The notes under the pieces are model-generated. The model had not been told where the DNA came from. It ran no database searches and saw only the letters and a program-made list of their open reading frames with translations. 64,000 nt of DNA, from the NCBI GenBank assembly GCA_951406725.2, contig OX597814.1, forward strand, positions 158,844,001-158,908,000. The letters run 5' to 3'. The position numbers were made by a program, and so were the translations under genes. Of the stretch, positions 14,339 through 29,700 are shown piece after piece; position 1 is the first letter of the stretch, and each line of letters opens with the position of its first letter. This DNA is from Octopus vulgaris (lineage: Eukaryota).

Positions 14339-16430
14339 TGTATGTATGTATTTATTATTTCAAGTTTCTCCAGTCCACTCAGCTGGCAAAAATGAGTTGT
14401 ACCTATGATTCAAAGGACCAACCCCATCACATTCTGTCATATTTCATATTGTCATTCTGTCAATTTCGCTAAGAACTACATTGAGGGTATACATACCTGT
14501 GGAATACTCAGCCACCTACATATAAATTTCACAAGTAGGCTGTTTCATTGATCTGATCAACTGGAATGTTTATCATTGTAACTGACCGAGTGCCAGTTTT
14601 GTGTGTGTGTGTGTGTGTGTGTACGCATGTGCATGTGTGCTCGCGCATGTGTGTATGTCATTGTTCAGTTTTATTTCAAGATTTCTTGCCAATAAAGAAA
14701 GCCAGTTTCTAACCTAGATTCAAGGTCCTTCATTGGAATTTCAACATTAACAGCAGGGTATGTATGTATGTATGTATGTATGTATGTATGTATGTATGTA
14801 TGTATGTATGCATGCATGTATGTATGGATGCATGCATGCATGCATATATGTATATCATGCAAATTATAATGTTAATCAGAAGGACTGAAATGAATTTGAA
14901 TATTTGAAAGAGTAGCTGTGAGAGAATTATAAGAGAAAGAATTCTCTGGAGGGACCAAATTAATTTTTTGTTACTGCTCCTCAGGGAAAGCATACCTAGT
15001 TTCCTTCCCCAATCAAGCATGGAATATTTATCTAATTTATTAAGTAGTTATAAATTATGTTGTCACAATGGTGAAAAGTATAATTGGCATATTTATGTTT
15101 TTGACAACTCATCTTTTAATTAAATGATATATTTATTTTATGTGCAGCATAAATGTATACAGCATAAATATGTACAGCATAAATGTACAGCATAAATGTA
15201 AGGAACAAATTGAGGGTGTCTGGAGTGTTGGACAAGAGAAATTTTGCAAATTGAAATAATTGTGAATATTAACTTCAGAGTGAGGTGAGACAGATCACTT
15301 CATTGAAGGACAAAAGATAATCAAACAGCTATACTTGTTTGGTGGTGTTCACTAACTCATTAAGACAACCCATGAATTCGTAAGATGGAGTAAGAGACAC
15401 TTTGAACAAAACAATTGGATATTTCAGTTACTAATAACTAAGTGAAAGAAGGGAAGGATGAGGAGAATATATTTTATGGATGACACAGACACCACTTTTG
15501 AGAATGAAGTTGGAATATGGAATGTCAGCTATTAAGGAAAATCAATGACACACTTCATTAACAAATGCATCAAACTCAACCATTACACATTGTCTTTAAA
15601 ACAATGATTAAAGCAGATCTGAAACTTTGAAAAGGTTATCCATGTAAGTTAGAAATAAAAATAAAACAAGGAAAACATATACAAAAGAAAGCAAAAAATA
15701 GAGTGAATAATTTCAGAATAAAAAAGAAAAAGGAAAGCATACACAGCAATTATTTTCAAAAATACATGACAAAATCTAAATAAAATATATTTTTGCTTTC
15801 TGTGAAATTTATAAACTAAGTCTTTTCTGTTCTATTGCAAAGACTGTTTTCAGAAGAGTTCTACTTATATTCGAAATTATTTTGGTCTCCTTACTAGGGA
15901 ATAAATCAGCTAACATTGATAGACAGATCAGCTTTTGCTTCCCTTTTACTTCCTTTATTTCCTCTTGTATTTCCTACTTGAGGCAGATGTTAAGTCTCTA
16001 TTGCTGAATGGCGAAATAACTTAAAGCAATTCATAGAAACATATGTGCTTGTACAAATGCATGTGTGTTTGTAAACAAAATGTCAATAGCAACATAAAAG
16101 TATGTCAGACAGGAGACTCGTGCACACACACACACTCACACACACACACACACACACACACATGAATACACCATCATCTTCAGTAGCAGCAGCATCAGTG
16201 TCATTGTCTTTTTAATGTCTAATTTTGCTTAAGTCAGAGATTCTTTCTATTATTGGATTCAACCTTCATCTGTTTCCAAGCAAGGCAATAGTTGCCCTGA
16301 ATGATTGTAAATAAATAATACCAATTATATGAACAGTGGTTCATTTATGTTACTGCTATGAACTATCCTGCAGGACTTGATTAACTATCTGAGAGGTAAT
16401 CATGTATCTTTCCTCACCAGATATTCTGAG

Positions 16431-16470
<40 letters not shown>

Positions 16471-16997
16471 CATATATATATATATATATATACACATATC
16501 ATTGTACTATGCTGTACTTCATTTGTATTCTTGTGTTTGCTCTTACTCTTATTCTATTTGAAAGGAGAAACACAACTTAGCTATTTGTAACTGACTTTTA
16601 TATGTATTAGCCCCACCAACCACTTAGACCCTCTGAAGAAGCCTAGGGGCACATCTACTATCCAAGCCTTGTCTGCCCACCCCTGCATAACACTGAAGAG
16701 GTGGAGATAACCTGGAAGATTTCATTGCCTCTTGGCAGAAATAGTCATAAGGACCTAGCACCTGCACACCCATTTAGTTTTTTGCCAATTTGCTCATTTG
16801 CTCAATTGCTCATTTGTTTCTATATGCTTATATGTATTCACACCCTTGTTTATGCAGTTACTAGCTTTTTCCACTCACTAATCTGTACCACTTATACATG
16901 TGTGTGTAGTCATCCAATACATTTGAATAAATAGACATACTGGAATGTTTACCGGTTGATGTCTGTCAATTTTATATCCTCTCCGTTTTCTTATTTG

Positions 16998-17044
<47 letters not shown>

Positions 17045-20000
17045 CATTTCTAGATATGTATGTTCTCTCTTGTTTTAGTATATTAGTTATGCTATTGATG
17101 AGAGGGGTTTCATATACACAGGCAACTCAGAATTTTCATAATTACCTGCTCAAATTTTTTTACATATATTTGCAAAGTGCATGACTATAGACACACATAG
17201 ATCCCTAGATTCACATATACATACCTTGCAGTATGTAATGCTAATTAAAATATTTTTATATTACCAACAAAATTATTTTGAAGCCATTTGCATCCACATA
17301 TATCTAAAGCTGCTTTATGTGTACATAAAGCAGCTTTAAATATAAATACACTATAAATATATTCAAAATATTTTTGTATAAAATCACTCAGGCATGCCAC
17401 ATGCTTAAAATGATATTTAATCATTTTGATTATATTACCTGGATATTTCTCCCACTCAATGGATATTCCTGAAGACATAGAATATATCAACAAATAACAA
17501 GTGAAAAAATTCACCCTTTCTTAATAATAATATATAACATTATAAAAATGTTTCTCATCTGAAACAATGATTTCTTACATCATTTTGTATCTTATTTGAA
17601 CTAATTATATTGTAATTTTTTAAAATTAAACTTTAATTACCAATGTTTATGTTCCAAATTTTTAATTTGTTGCACTATTCATTTTAAACTGATAGTATTC
17701 TTGCCCTTAGGGGATAATGTTGAAAATATAAAGTTCACAAGTAAGTCTTGTATAAAACAAAATAGAACAAAATACTTTTAGAGATATGTGAAAAGGATAC
17801 ATAGAATATTTAGCTATCTAAAGATTACTTAGACATTTAAAATGGTCATGAGACAACCAAAAGTTTATTTATGAATAGCCAAGCAATGAAATTAAATCTA
17901 GTAAAGGATAACTGTTCTAAGAATGCTCAATAAAAGAAAATTGTTTCAATTTAAAAACTGAATTTTTACCTTTAGCTCTTCTTAAAGTAATTGGATATGT
18001 AGGTTCACTTAGAACACCATGATCAATTTCTGCTCTGACTCGAATCATGTAGTCTTTTTCTGGATTTAAACCATGAATATAATGACTAGTATCAGGTATA
18101 CCACTTGCCAAAGGTATCCAGTCATTACTTGGAAGCTCAGAAATTTCCAACCTATAGGTATGTGGTGTATGCCTTCTTTTGCTACTTTCAGGAGTAAGTT
18201 GCATGGGTCTCCAAGCTAATCTCGTGGATTCTTCACCGAAATCTGGGAGTAGTGGTTTTGTCAAAGGAAACGATGGCATAGCTGAAAAGATTTAATATTT
18301 TAATTCCATAACTATTTAAGACCTCAAAGTCACAATTTAAATAACCTGAATTTATCAGCAAACATTATGATCTTAAATTATGCACATGGAAAATGTGGAA
18401 ATTTTTATAAAATATAAAATAACTTTTTGTTTAATATTAAAGATATTTTTCAAACATAAAGTCATACATTTAAGCATTTTAAATAATCATCTTTATATTT
18501 AAATTTTTAATTCAATTTCGAATTAATTGTGTATTCAACTTCTCTTTGTCATAATCAGAGATGGAGATGGGTTTACAAACTAGGGGTATACAAAGGTCTG
18601 TGAGGCTGAAGTTGAGAAGGAAGTGAGGTTAGATACTAAGAGGCTTCCTTACACATACACACACCCGTGAGTTTATTAATAGGAATACTGCAACCAGTGG
18701 ATCCTCCCCATTTTCCTCACTAGTCATAATAATAATCATATACATTACTAACAGAAAAAATTGAAGTCAAACAAATGCTTTGCAGTAGTTATTTTGTACT
18801 TTTGTAATCTAAGTTTAAATTCTGCTTCAGTCACTTCTTTTTTACTTATGATGAACCAATAATGTAATGTTGTCTGTTCAATGAAGAGCAGCCCTTGTTT
18901 CATAGAAATTAATCTTATGTCTAAAAAGGAAAATTATAATTGAAACAAGTTATGAAAATGTGTTTGTACCTCAAATATGATTTCTACTTTGACTTACCAG
19001 TTCTTCTTGGCAGCATCACAGGTGCTGTTGGTTCTGAGGTAAAATTCTTATTTTCAGCTTTAATACGGAACATATATTCAGTATCAGGGTTCAGATTATC
19101 AAGATAGTGATCATTTCCCTTTATTCCAGATGCAAATGGCTTCCATGATCTGTGGGGTAATTCTCTACTCTCAATGCTATATGTAATTGGACCGACTTTA
19201 GAAGGAATATCAGCAGACACAGCTGGAACCCAAGAAAGCCTTGCAGAAGTTGGTTTGATATCAGACATAGATGGACGACCTGCATAGCATCCAGAAACTT
19301 TAAAAAAAGAATTAAAAGGTTATACAATATTACAATGTCACCAGATTTTATAATATAAAATTCAATTTCATATAAATTTGTTAAAGACAAAAAACATAAA
19401 CTGAAATATTAAAACTGATACCTTAAACTCCACCTGTTTATATAATTCTTTAATCAATAACAGAGGAATTCTTGACTGGCTGACTTGGAGGACTCATATA
19501 TAATAAACAGCTGAGTTCACAGCTGAATTTGTCAAATAAGTGGAAGTAGTTTTCCAAGTGTGAGAGCAGAATCAATGGACCAAAGAGTTATATAAGCAGA
19601 AATTTTAGGCTGAGTATCCAATGCAAACTATGGGTATACACAAGAAATACATACAGGTTGACAAAAAAGGTCTTCATATGTAGTAGATGAACAGGAGTGG
19701 TTAGTAGTAACTGCACCTATTAAAGCAGGGGTTGGAGAAAATTTTTAACCAATTACTCCAAAATTTATGCTGACATTACCTCCTTGATTTGAAAGGAAGA
19801 AAATCATAGATTCTTTGAATTCAAAAGGTTTATTGAATTTATTTATATAGAGAATACAATTATAAATATAAAATGTATAAAACAAATGCAATAAAATAAA
19901 TTAATATCCTCATTGTGAAACAAAAGGATTTTTCTTGAAACTTTTTCACTTTAGGCTTGGGAGCAATGATGTCTCAATTTTGTTACAATTTCATTAAAAT

Positions 20001-22498
20001 TGGGGCATTTTGATGCCAGAGCAATTTGGATAGTCTTCAGGATCTAATCAATTTCTCTGTTTTTGCTTTTATGTTCATTAGAGTGGAAAATCCTTATTTG
20101 CAAAGGTAGGTTGTTGCAAAAGGCAGCAACTTTTTGACTGCCTCCTTATGTCAGAAAAATTTTTGTTGTAACAAAGAACATGTTTTTTTCATATAATATT
20201 AATTGTCTAATGAGTTCTCATTACCCCCAAGAATATTACTTTTACCCTGCTTGAGGTAATCTACCTTGGTTTGCTGACCCTTGCATTATAGAGATTCTTT
20301 CAAAAACTTAAAGGTTCTCTGTAGTAGTCAACAATTCCTATTATCCAGGTGACCTAATTAGCAGTGAAAATAGGTGTTCCAAAACAATAGTACTCAGAGT
20401 AAGAATGTGTGGAAAAAGTTCAGGATGCTATTGCCTCCACAGACAACAAAAGGAATCTATCTCTCCCTCTTTCCCACTGAGTAGAGGATAGATTTTATGA
20501 AAGGCTTGTCAGTAGTAAGTTGAGCATGATTCTCTGGATGTGTTTTGTAAGTATGAATGATGGAAAACAAATGGGCTGAGAGAAAAACTGAGTATAAGAA
20601 CAATTAGGTGTAGTGTGCAAGAGAGAAGCCTATGCTATGAACATGTTGCATAAGAAGTCAACTACTCACCAATGTCTTAACTATAGCCAGATTTGTTGGT
20701 TATAGTTAATGGGAAAGAAAATGGGAAATTATGGTGGTAATGCTTATAAAATTAAAAACTTCCAATCACATATCTCAGCTTGAGCTCAGACTTATCTGAC
20801 AAGGAAAATATTTGCCATTTACAGAATTCTTTTATAACCAATAAATAATCACATACTTACTATCAGGGTAATCATCATATCTTTTATCTACAGGTATATC
20901 TGGTATAATGGTGGGTTTTGCATCAAATTTCTTTCTAGCAGGCATTTCATCTGGAACTATAAAACGATAAATGATATCTTTTATTTCATCTTTTCCTTAA
21001 TTTACATATGCTCTTATCTTTTCCATAATTTACATTGTATATTAATTTATACATAAATGTATGCATTAAGTACAAATATATAAATATATGATGTGATGTG
21101 TGTGTGTGTGTGTGTGTGTTTTGATGCATGAGCATGGACAAGAATGTAAGTATGAATGCATGAATCCACCTGGAGAAGTAAGAAGATATCTTCAAACAAT
21201 TATCTACATCCTTCACTTATCCTGCCCCTTTGACAATGATATCACCAACCAATTATGAGAAGCTTACAGAAAACTTGAAATCTTACCACACCATGACTTT
21301 CATAAGCATAAACATATCCAGAAGCTCAAAACTAAAAAATCATGGTGTGTCAATCTGTTATAATCTTTACACTATTCTATGATTGTGAAACATCGGTAGC
21401 ATATCAACATCAAATACACCCACTTGAGAGGTTTCATAAGGAAACTTGAGACTTAATTTGAACTATGATCAATGGATGAAGTACTGGCAAAAATAAAAAC
21501 CATAAGACTTAAACCATTAACTCCAATAGTTGAGATATGCAAAAAGGATGCTAGACATGAAAATACCCACACAGATCCTTTACTTTGAGCCTCTTGACAG
21601 TCATCATCCAAGATGTGCATCAGAGAAATGCATCTGTGATTCAATCAAGAAAACCATGCCATTTCAATAACTGTGCATAGTTTACTATTGACATTTCAAC
21701 TATTACACATTTCAAGTACTGTGCACCTTCTTTTATATATCCCAGATCATTATGTTTAGACCATTTTGTTTATATTTTATGAAAATCTTAACAAAAGTAT
21801 CCTTTCATAATGTGTGTGATTATGTCTTCCACATCACAGTAGCTTCTAATATTTGCCTCCTCAGGATTAATCTCCTTATGGATTTTGTTGTATAATATTC
21901 TAGCTATGATATCACATCTCATCGCCAGGTAATGCCATGATAACATTTTTGGACAACTTCTTAAAATACTAGTAACATCCACTGTTGGTTGGTCCATCTG
22001 TCTGTTTGTGTATGCTTGCATGTGCACATGTATAAATCGATGCAGGTATGGATATCATTGCATATGTGAGCCTGTATGCATTAACCTCTGTATGTGACAC
22101 AAACATATATTTATTAAATGCTAAACTTATTTTCAAAATGTAATTGTTTAATCAATAAATGTTACATTTATGATTTACTGAATAAAAAGCTTACTTTCAA
22201 AATTCAAACTTCCAGATGTAATAGCTCTTCCTGCTCTGTTGGTAATAACACATGCATACATTCCAAGATCAGTAGGTTGGACATTCTCTATGCCCAAATA
22301 GCAGTTGCCTTCAAATTCAGTTAACTTAAAGCGTGGATCTGGTTGAAGAGGATATCCATCTTTTGTCCTGTGAAATATATCAAATATTTTTTTTTTAATT
22401 GCAATATATTTATTTTTTTATCCTGAAAACAATGCCTGTTACCAGATTTATTAGTAAAGAATTATCATTCATTCATTCATACATACATACATACATAC

Positions 22499-22534
<36 letters not shown>

Positions 22535-22892
22535 ATACAGGTTACTGCAAGTGCAACCATAACTTGATGTTTGTATTTTCTCAGACAAGCTCACATAGAT
22601 AAAAGTTGATTTCAATGATACAGAATTATCTCTTGAATAGGCTATTTATTATGAAGATATGCCAATAATATATAAAGTAAAAGTGCTTTTATTACCTATG
22701 TTATAATTTTTTTTATTTTGTTAATCTGTTCACATATGTCTGTGGTTATCACACGTAAGCTGAGATTAACTTACTTATAAAATCACTTAAAATTCAAAGT
22801 TTTATTTTTAGAATGGTGGTATAAGATGACCCCAAATTTTTAGTGTAAATTTTAGAATTTAAAGGTCATCTTATAAGTGTAAATATATAGTG

Positions 22893-22975
<83 letters not shown>

Positions 22976-23709
22976 AGTAAAGACCCTCTTCAGTCGTGAA
23001 GGATCATGGGATTGCACCTAGAAAGTTCCCATTCAAGGAACAAGTCCGAGCAAATTGTTTATGGAAGATCAGTAGTCACTCATGCATACCAGCTGCCCCT
23101 CTCCATGCCAGCAATGTTAACCAAGGAAAAAAGCGAAGACTGATACAGCTTTGGCACTAGTGACATAGCAACTCATTTCTAAAGCTGAGTCAACTGAAAC
23201 AATGTGAAATAAAGTGTCTTGCTCAAGAACATAGCACACAGCCCAGTCTGGGAATTGAACTCACTACCTCATGACTTTGAGCTTGATATCATGCAACTTC
23301 ATATATATATATATATATCCCGCTGTTCTTGAGGAGACCTATTGAGCCAAGTGCGTTAACACCAACATCAAAATGAAAATCAAATGGAAATTGTAGTTAA
23401 GATACCTGTGCTGGTGACACATTAAAAGCACCGTCTGAACATGGCAGATGCTAGCGCCTCCTGACTGGCGTCCGTGTTGGTGACACGTAAAAGCACCAAC
23501 CGATCATGGCCATTTGCCAGCCACCTCTGGTCCATGTGCCGGTGGCACGTAAAAAGCACCAACTACACTCACGGAGTGGTTGGCGTTAGGAAGGGCATCC
23601 AGCTGTAGAAACACTGCCAGATCAGACTGGAGCCTAGTGCAGCCTCCTGGCTTCCCAGACCCTGGTCAAACCGTCCAACCTATGCTAGCATGGAAAACGG
23701 ACGTTAAAC

Positions 23710-23745
<36 letters not shown>

Positions 23746-26700
23746 AAGAGAGAGAGAGAGAGAGAGAGAGAGTTATAATACTTTTAAAGAAAAAGTTATT
23801 TTTTTGATCTTCAGATTTTATTTTATAGTGAAGACTGTTATCTTGAATTGCGTTTAACTGTGCGTTGAAATAGGCTCCTGCATGGTTTCCTTTGGTGTAC
23901 TAAAACTTTGCGTAGTGAATTATTACATAATTGTTATTGGACAACACCACTTCTCAGCGTTTAAGTTCACTTAGAGTAAGATTGGATCAAATACTTAAAA
24001 GCAACTTCTTTATAATCTAACTTTTAATTACATATCCCAATACATTACCAGTTATTTTCTATTTTGATATTGATAAATACCAAGGAAATATCTTTGTCAC
24101 AGTTCTTCCTTTGAAATTTGTATCTAATGTTTTAGTAAAATGCAAATAGTAAATTAAAAATGTGCATTAATCAGAAAAAAAAACCTTTCAAATATGTTAT
24201 TAAACATTGTAGCATATCAAGATAAAGCAAAAGTATAGTTTACCAGAATACTTCAACATCGGGTATACCAATAGCTCTGCATTCAAACCTAACAGAAGAA
24301 CCTTCTTTAACAAACAGATTTGGAAGACGTTTTGAAAATGATGGTGGTAAATCATAGATGGATTTTTTGGTCTCTCTGAAACAAAAAAAAAAAAAAAAAA
24401 TTAAGAGTATTATTCACTGATTTCCTTCAGTTATTTATAAACATTAATTCATTTTACTGTTCACTTTGTAATATAGAAAACGATAGCAAGAAGTTTAAAT
24501 AAGAAAGGTTGTCATAAACATAAATATCTTGTTACATTACTCTGAAAGCATAACCTGTAAACAAATTATTTTAATTTAAGATATTTAAGAATATCATCAA
24601 AATCAGTAATATGAAATCTAGTTAATATATCACAATTACATATTTAATAAATACAATAATAATAGTTTCAAATTTTGGCACAGAGCAGTTTTTGATGGAA
24701 GTTGTCAAGATTGACTCCAGTACTTGGCTAGAACTTATTTCATTGATCTCAAGAAGATGAAAGGCAAAGTTGACCTTGATGGAATTTGAACTCAGAATGT
24801 AGAGATGGTCAAAATGAACAACACACGTAGAAAAAGACGATGCAACCAATTCTGTCTTTTAATTTTCCTGCAGTTATTACTCTTGAACTGTATATGCAAC
24901 TATGTATTTTTTTTTTTTTTGCTCAGGAGCTCGGGTGAAGGGTAGAGTTAGAGACAGGGGCTCCAGGTCTGAGGGGGTTAACATCCATAATATCTATATG
25001 AAAAAGGGGAACAAATTTTTGTGCTCTAACATGGAATAGCATTCTGTACATTGCCAGGAAAATGCTGGCCAAATATATACTCCGAAACCTTTTCTAATCA
25101 ATATCCTAAAATGTCCCACCAGAGTCACAGTATAGCTTCCTTAAGGATTAAAGCAGTCAGCATGGTATTCATTGTAAAGTGGCTTCAGAATAACTGCAGG
25201 GATCACCATCAGAACCTGTTCATCGCATTTTGACTCTATCAGCAAGGTATTTATGTGGGATATTCCCCAAAAGTTTGGTTGCTTTCCTAAAATTTTTATT
25301 CTTCTCTGCTAGTTCCACATAGGGATGGTGACTTGAGTTGTTGTTGGATAGTAGAAATCCAGCCTGTCAGTCGAATAACAAGAGTTAGACAAAGCAGTAT
25401 GTTTGCCCCTGCACTGTTTAATGTGTGAGCATACTGATATGCAGACAGATTGAAAGAGAAGCAAGATACTATCAACTTCAAATTCAACAGAACCTTTACA
25501 ATATCAGAATTCTGCAGGCTGCTACCAACAGTTTTTGATATGTGAGTGTAAGTGTGTGTGTGTATGTAGTGAGCTGGGAGGTTTGTGTATTGGTTCAACT
25601 TATAAAGAATTTCACTTACTTAGGTGGGGATACATCATCTTTTACTGTTAGTTTGGCTGAGGTTGTTAATTCTCCTTTCGGATTTGAAGCTTTACATGTA
25701 TATTCTCCTTCATCATCAGGGTGAACATCATAGACAAATAGGGAATGTTTCTTGCCATCTGATTCAATTTTGTAATGATCAGAACTCTAAAAAATTATAT
25801 AAATTTTGATATTAATTTTTAATGTAGACATAAGGCTGTACAATTCTGAGGAGAGAGTTTTAGTTATCATTGAAATCAGAACATAATGGGACTTAACGTA
25901 TAGTTTTGATATAAAGGGGAAAAAAATGCATAACAAATTGCTATGCTTTATTCATTATTTGCTTTGATTTATTTTATTTATTTGTTTATATATTTATTTT
26001 GAGGAAAATATTTATGTAAATACTAAATATTTTGTTCTAACCTTAATCTCTTTTCCCTTGAAGTACCATTTAATTTCTGGCTGTGGATCTCCGAGAGTTG
26101 TGCATTCAAAACAGACATTACGTCCTTTATGTACTCTAGTGTCATCCAGTTTGCGAATGAATTTTGGTTCTCTCTCATAGATATCATGAGGTTTCTCAGA
26201 TTTTACAGTTATTCTTGCACTGCATATTGCCTCTCCAAGGGGATTACTAATGCGGCAGGTGTATACACCAGTATCTGCTAGGGACAGTTTTTTCAATTTT
26301 AAGGAACACATGTCTCCATCTCTAGTAACAACAAAATCTTCTGTTGGACCAATTTCATAGTCATTAACTAGCCACATTACAAATGGATCAGGATATCCTG
26401 AAATTTTGCACTTTAGTTCGGTCATTGTTCCTTCCATTATAGATTTGTCATCAAATCTTTCAATGAATCTTGGAGCTTTTTGTTCTTTGGTACGATCAAC
26501 TGTTTCAACAGCTAAAATAAGAAAATATCCAGGTTATACATGTAATAGGGAAATTTCATTCAAAATGTCACAAGAAAATATAATTAAGATTTATGACTTT
26601 TTCTAAAACTTCTGCATCAAACAATATACATAAAATTTATCTCTTAAAAAATATACATGCAGCAACACATATCTAAATATTTGGTTCTCCTTGTTTTAAA

Positions 26701-29700
26701 ATGGTGTTTTGACTGCATTAAGCTGATAGATATTAAAAGCTTTTGAGTAAATTAATAATATTATATTTAATTTAAGTTAAATTAAATATAACAGAAAATC
26801 CCATTAAGTAAATTTTGTATTCCATGTTTTTTTCTTTTTCGTTTTTCTTGTTTCAGCTCAGAGCTGAGGCCATGCTGATGCAACACTGTTTTGTGCTACA
26901 CTGTTATTACTAAGAGCCTCCTCTAATATGTGGCACTTGGTGAAGAATGGAGTTTGATATAGCTACCCTCATTTGCACCTCTTGCCGTGAGGTAGGTTCA
27001 TCTGGGACTCTTGACAGGAAGATGTCCAGCTTTGATTTAAAAACCGCTACATCTACTTTGTACAAGTTCCTCAGACTCTTTGGGAGAATATTAAAAAGCT
27101 GTGGGCCCCTGAAACCCAGGCTGTTGCAGTAGCTGGTCCTGAAGTGTGATGGCATTGCTGGGATCTTTGGCACTATGTAGTGTCATCCCGTTCTAGCATT
27201 GGTGTAGCTTACAATGCCAAAATTTGGCACAATTCCTTCCATTGAATTTATAAATTTAGACAACCTAAATATTTCAAATTAGAACTTCTTACACCATATG
27301 AAATAACTCCAATTTGGAAATGATTTCTATATGTAAATTTCTCTTTAACAACTGTTAATGAATAATTGGGATAATACATCAGAATGTAGAGTGCATTAGT
27401 TTTCTCCCTAATACAAAAAACATATATCTGTTTATGACACCAAATAGTACAGACTAGTGCTGTTCCTATTGCTTCTTCAGGCCTATAAATCAGTGTAAGC
27501 TTTCCAAACACTTTGTGATTATATAATGGTGAGATTTACTTGTACATGGTACTTATTTATAGATAAATGATCTGAATCAGTTATTGTTACATCTGTCAAT
27601 ATTGCTGGTAAGCAATATAAACTCCAAGTATTAAAGTCAGCAGTTAACTCCAACACTGACCTACCGTTCCAAACACACGCATGCCGACACCATCACACAC
27701 TGATTTGATGTGATATATATTAATAAATTACTTTTACAAGGAAAAGTTTTGACAGTTACTTCAGCTTCCATCAGACTGTCAAATGAAGGCTACATAGCCA
27801 AAACTTTGAAGTAACTCTTGAACTCTTTCTTTAAAAATAAAATTGATATGAAAAGTATTGAGTGATCTTTCAATTAAATAATACAATGACTGACTTTTTA
27901 TGTATAATTATACATAAAAGTAAGCATTTTATATGTATGTATGTATGTATGACATGAGGTACAACTACGATTTCCTCAGTTCAACAGATCTTCAGAAGTG
28001 TGGCATATCATCCAACAGTTGAAGGGTGCTTTTAAACGGGCCAGTTATGTGACACCGGCATTGGCCATGACTACGATCTCACTTAGCTTGCTGGGTTTTC
28101 TGAAGCACAGCATATTCTCCAGGGTCTCATTCGCTTGTCATTGTCTCTATGAAGCTCATACGTGCACACACATACACACATATATATATATGATAAATGA
28201 AAATGACCTAACAGAAATAACTGAAAGTGCTCAGTGCCATATATTTGAACAGCAAAGATGAATAGAGGTATTTTAAATACCATACAAGATGAATTCTCGA
28301 TCACCACTTTCAGAGAAGATAAAACAATCACTTGGTTATAATTAGGAACAGCTCTAAAAGAGCAGAAGGAATAATCCTACAAATCAAGAATTCTCCAAAA
28401 TTAATATTCCATTAAAGAAAAGAGAGTCTAATTGTCTAGAGATAAGATAACAGCTGTGGACATGTTACCGCTTCAGCAAGCATCACCAACATTGTAGTTA
28501 CTCAACCTTTTTCAGAAGAATGTGACAGACATATACGAAAAAAGAGTAGAATACATTTATGGCGTAGCTAAAAGATGTAACTCAGAGTCACCTGTAACAA
28601 GCATTTATCTGCACTCTAAAAGTAGCAAATGAATTTGCAACCAATTTGTCTGGCAAGGTAAAATTAAAGAAAACTAAACAGAAACAATGACGTATGTAAG
28701 GGGACATAATTCCCATTTTTTTTATTAGCTGAGTTAACTCCCTTGTATTTCTTGTTCTCACGTGAAAGCGTTTCAAATATATATAAAATGTTCTTCATTG
28801 GACAAATACTGTTTTTTTTGTTAGTTGCAATGTGGTGTCCGATAAGAAGTTCAAGTTAATTGTATAAGGAGTTCTTTACAAGTTATAAGTTTGTGATTGT
28901 GTGTATATATAGGAAATGGGTAAATTTTTATAGTCATATATTGTATATGAAAGAATGTCATAAAATGTTACATTTATGATGACATACCTAACTAGGATCT
29001 GATAGTGCCAAATTTGATCAAATAAGCATTATTAACATCATTTGGAGATGTGTAATTTGTGTGACCATGTAACATCAGAATAACTGTTAGTCTGTGACGG
29101 GTGGAATTTTTCTGTATGACTGGCTTCCGTGCCGGTGGCACGTTAAAAGCACCAACCAATCGTGGCCGATGCCAGACTCCCCTGGCACCTGTGCCGGTTG
29201 CACGTAAAAAGCACCCACTACACTTGCAGAGTGGTTGGCGTTAGGAAGGGCATCCAGCTGTAGAAATATTGCCTGATCAGACTGGAGCCTGGTGCAGCCC
29301 CTGGCTTCCCAGACCCCGGTCGAACCGTCCAACCCGTGCTAGCGCGGAAAATGGACGTTAAACGATGATGATGATGATGATGATGAAGCATCTATTAAAG
29401 AAGTCGCTTCAGTTATAGCTCCACAACCTTATACAGTAGTGGCATTTTCATATCTCAGTATACGTATATTCTGGATCTTTTGAGAGTTCTTCACCTGATG
29501 CTCTCCTAAATGAGCAGCATGTGTATTCTCATCATTTCTCAAAGCCACTTGATTCACCTTTTTCTCCTCATATCTGACGTGTCTCATCAGTCAAATCTCT
29601 ATACAAAATGATTTCAAAAACCATAATTTCCAGAACTAAAGTCCACTAGAACTACCTCCAAACTTTAGTCTGGTCTATTGATTTCAACCTACAGAAATTT

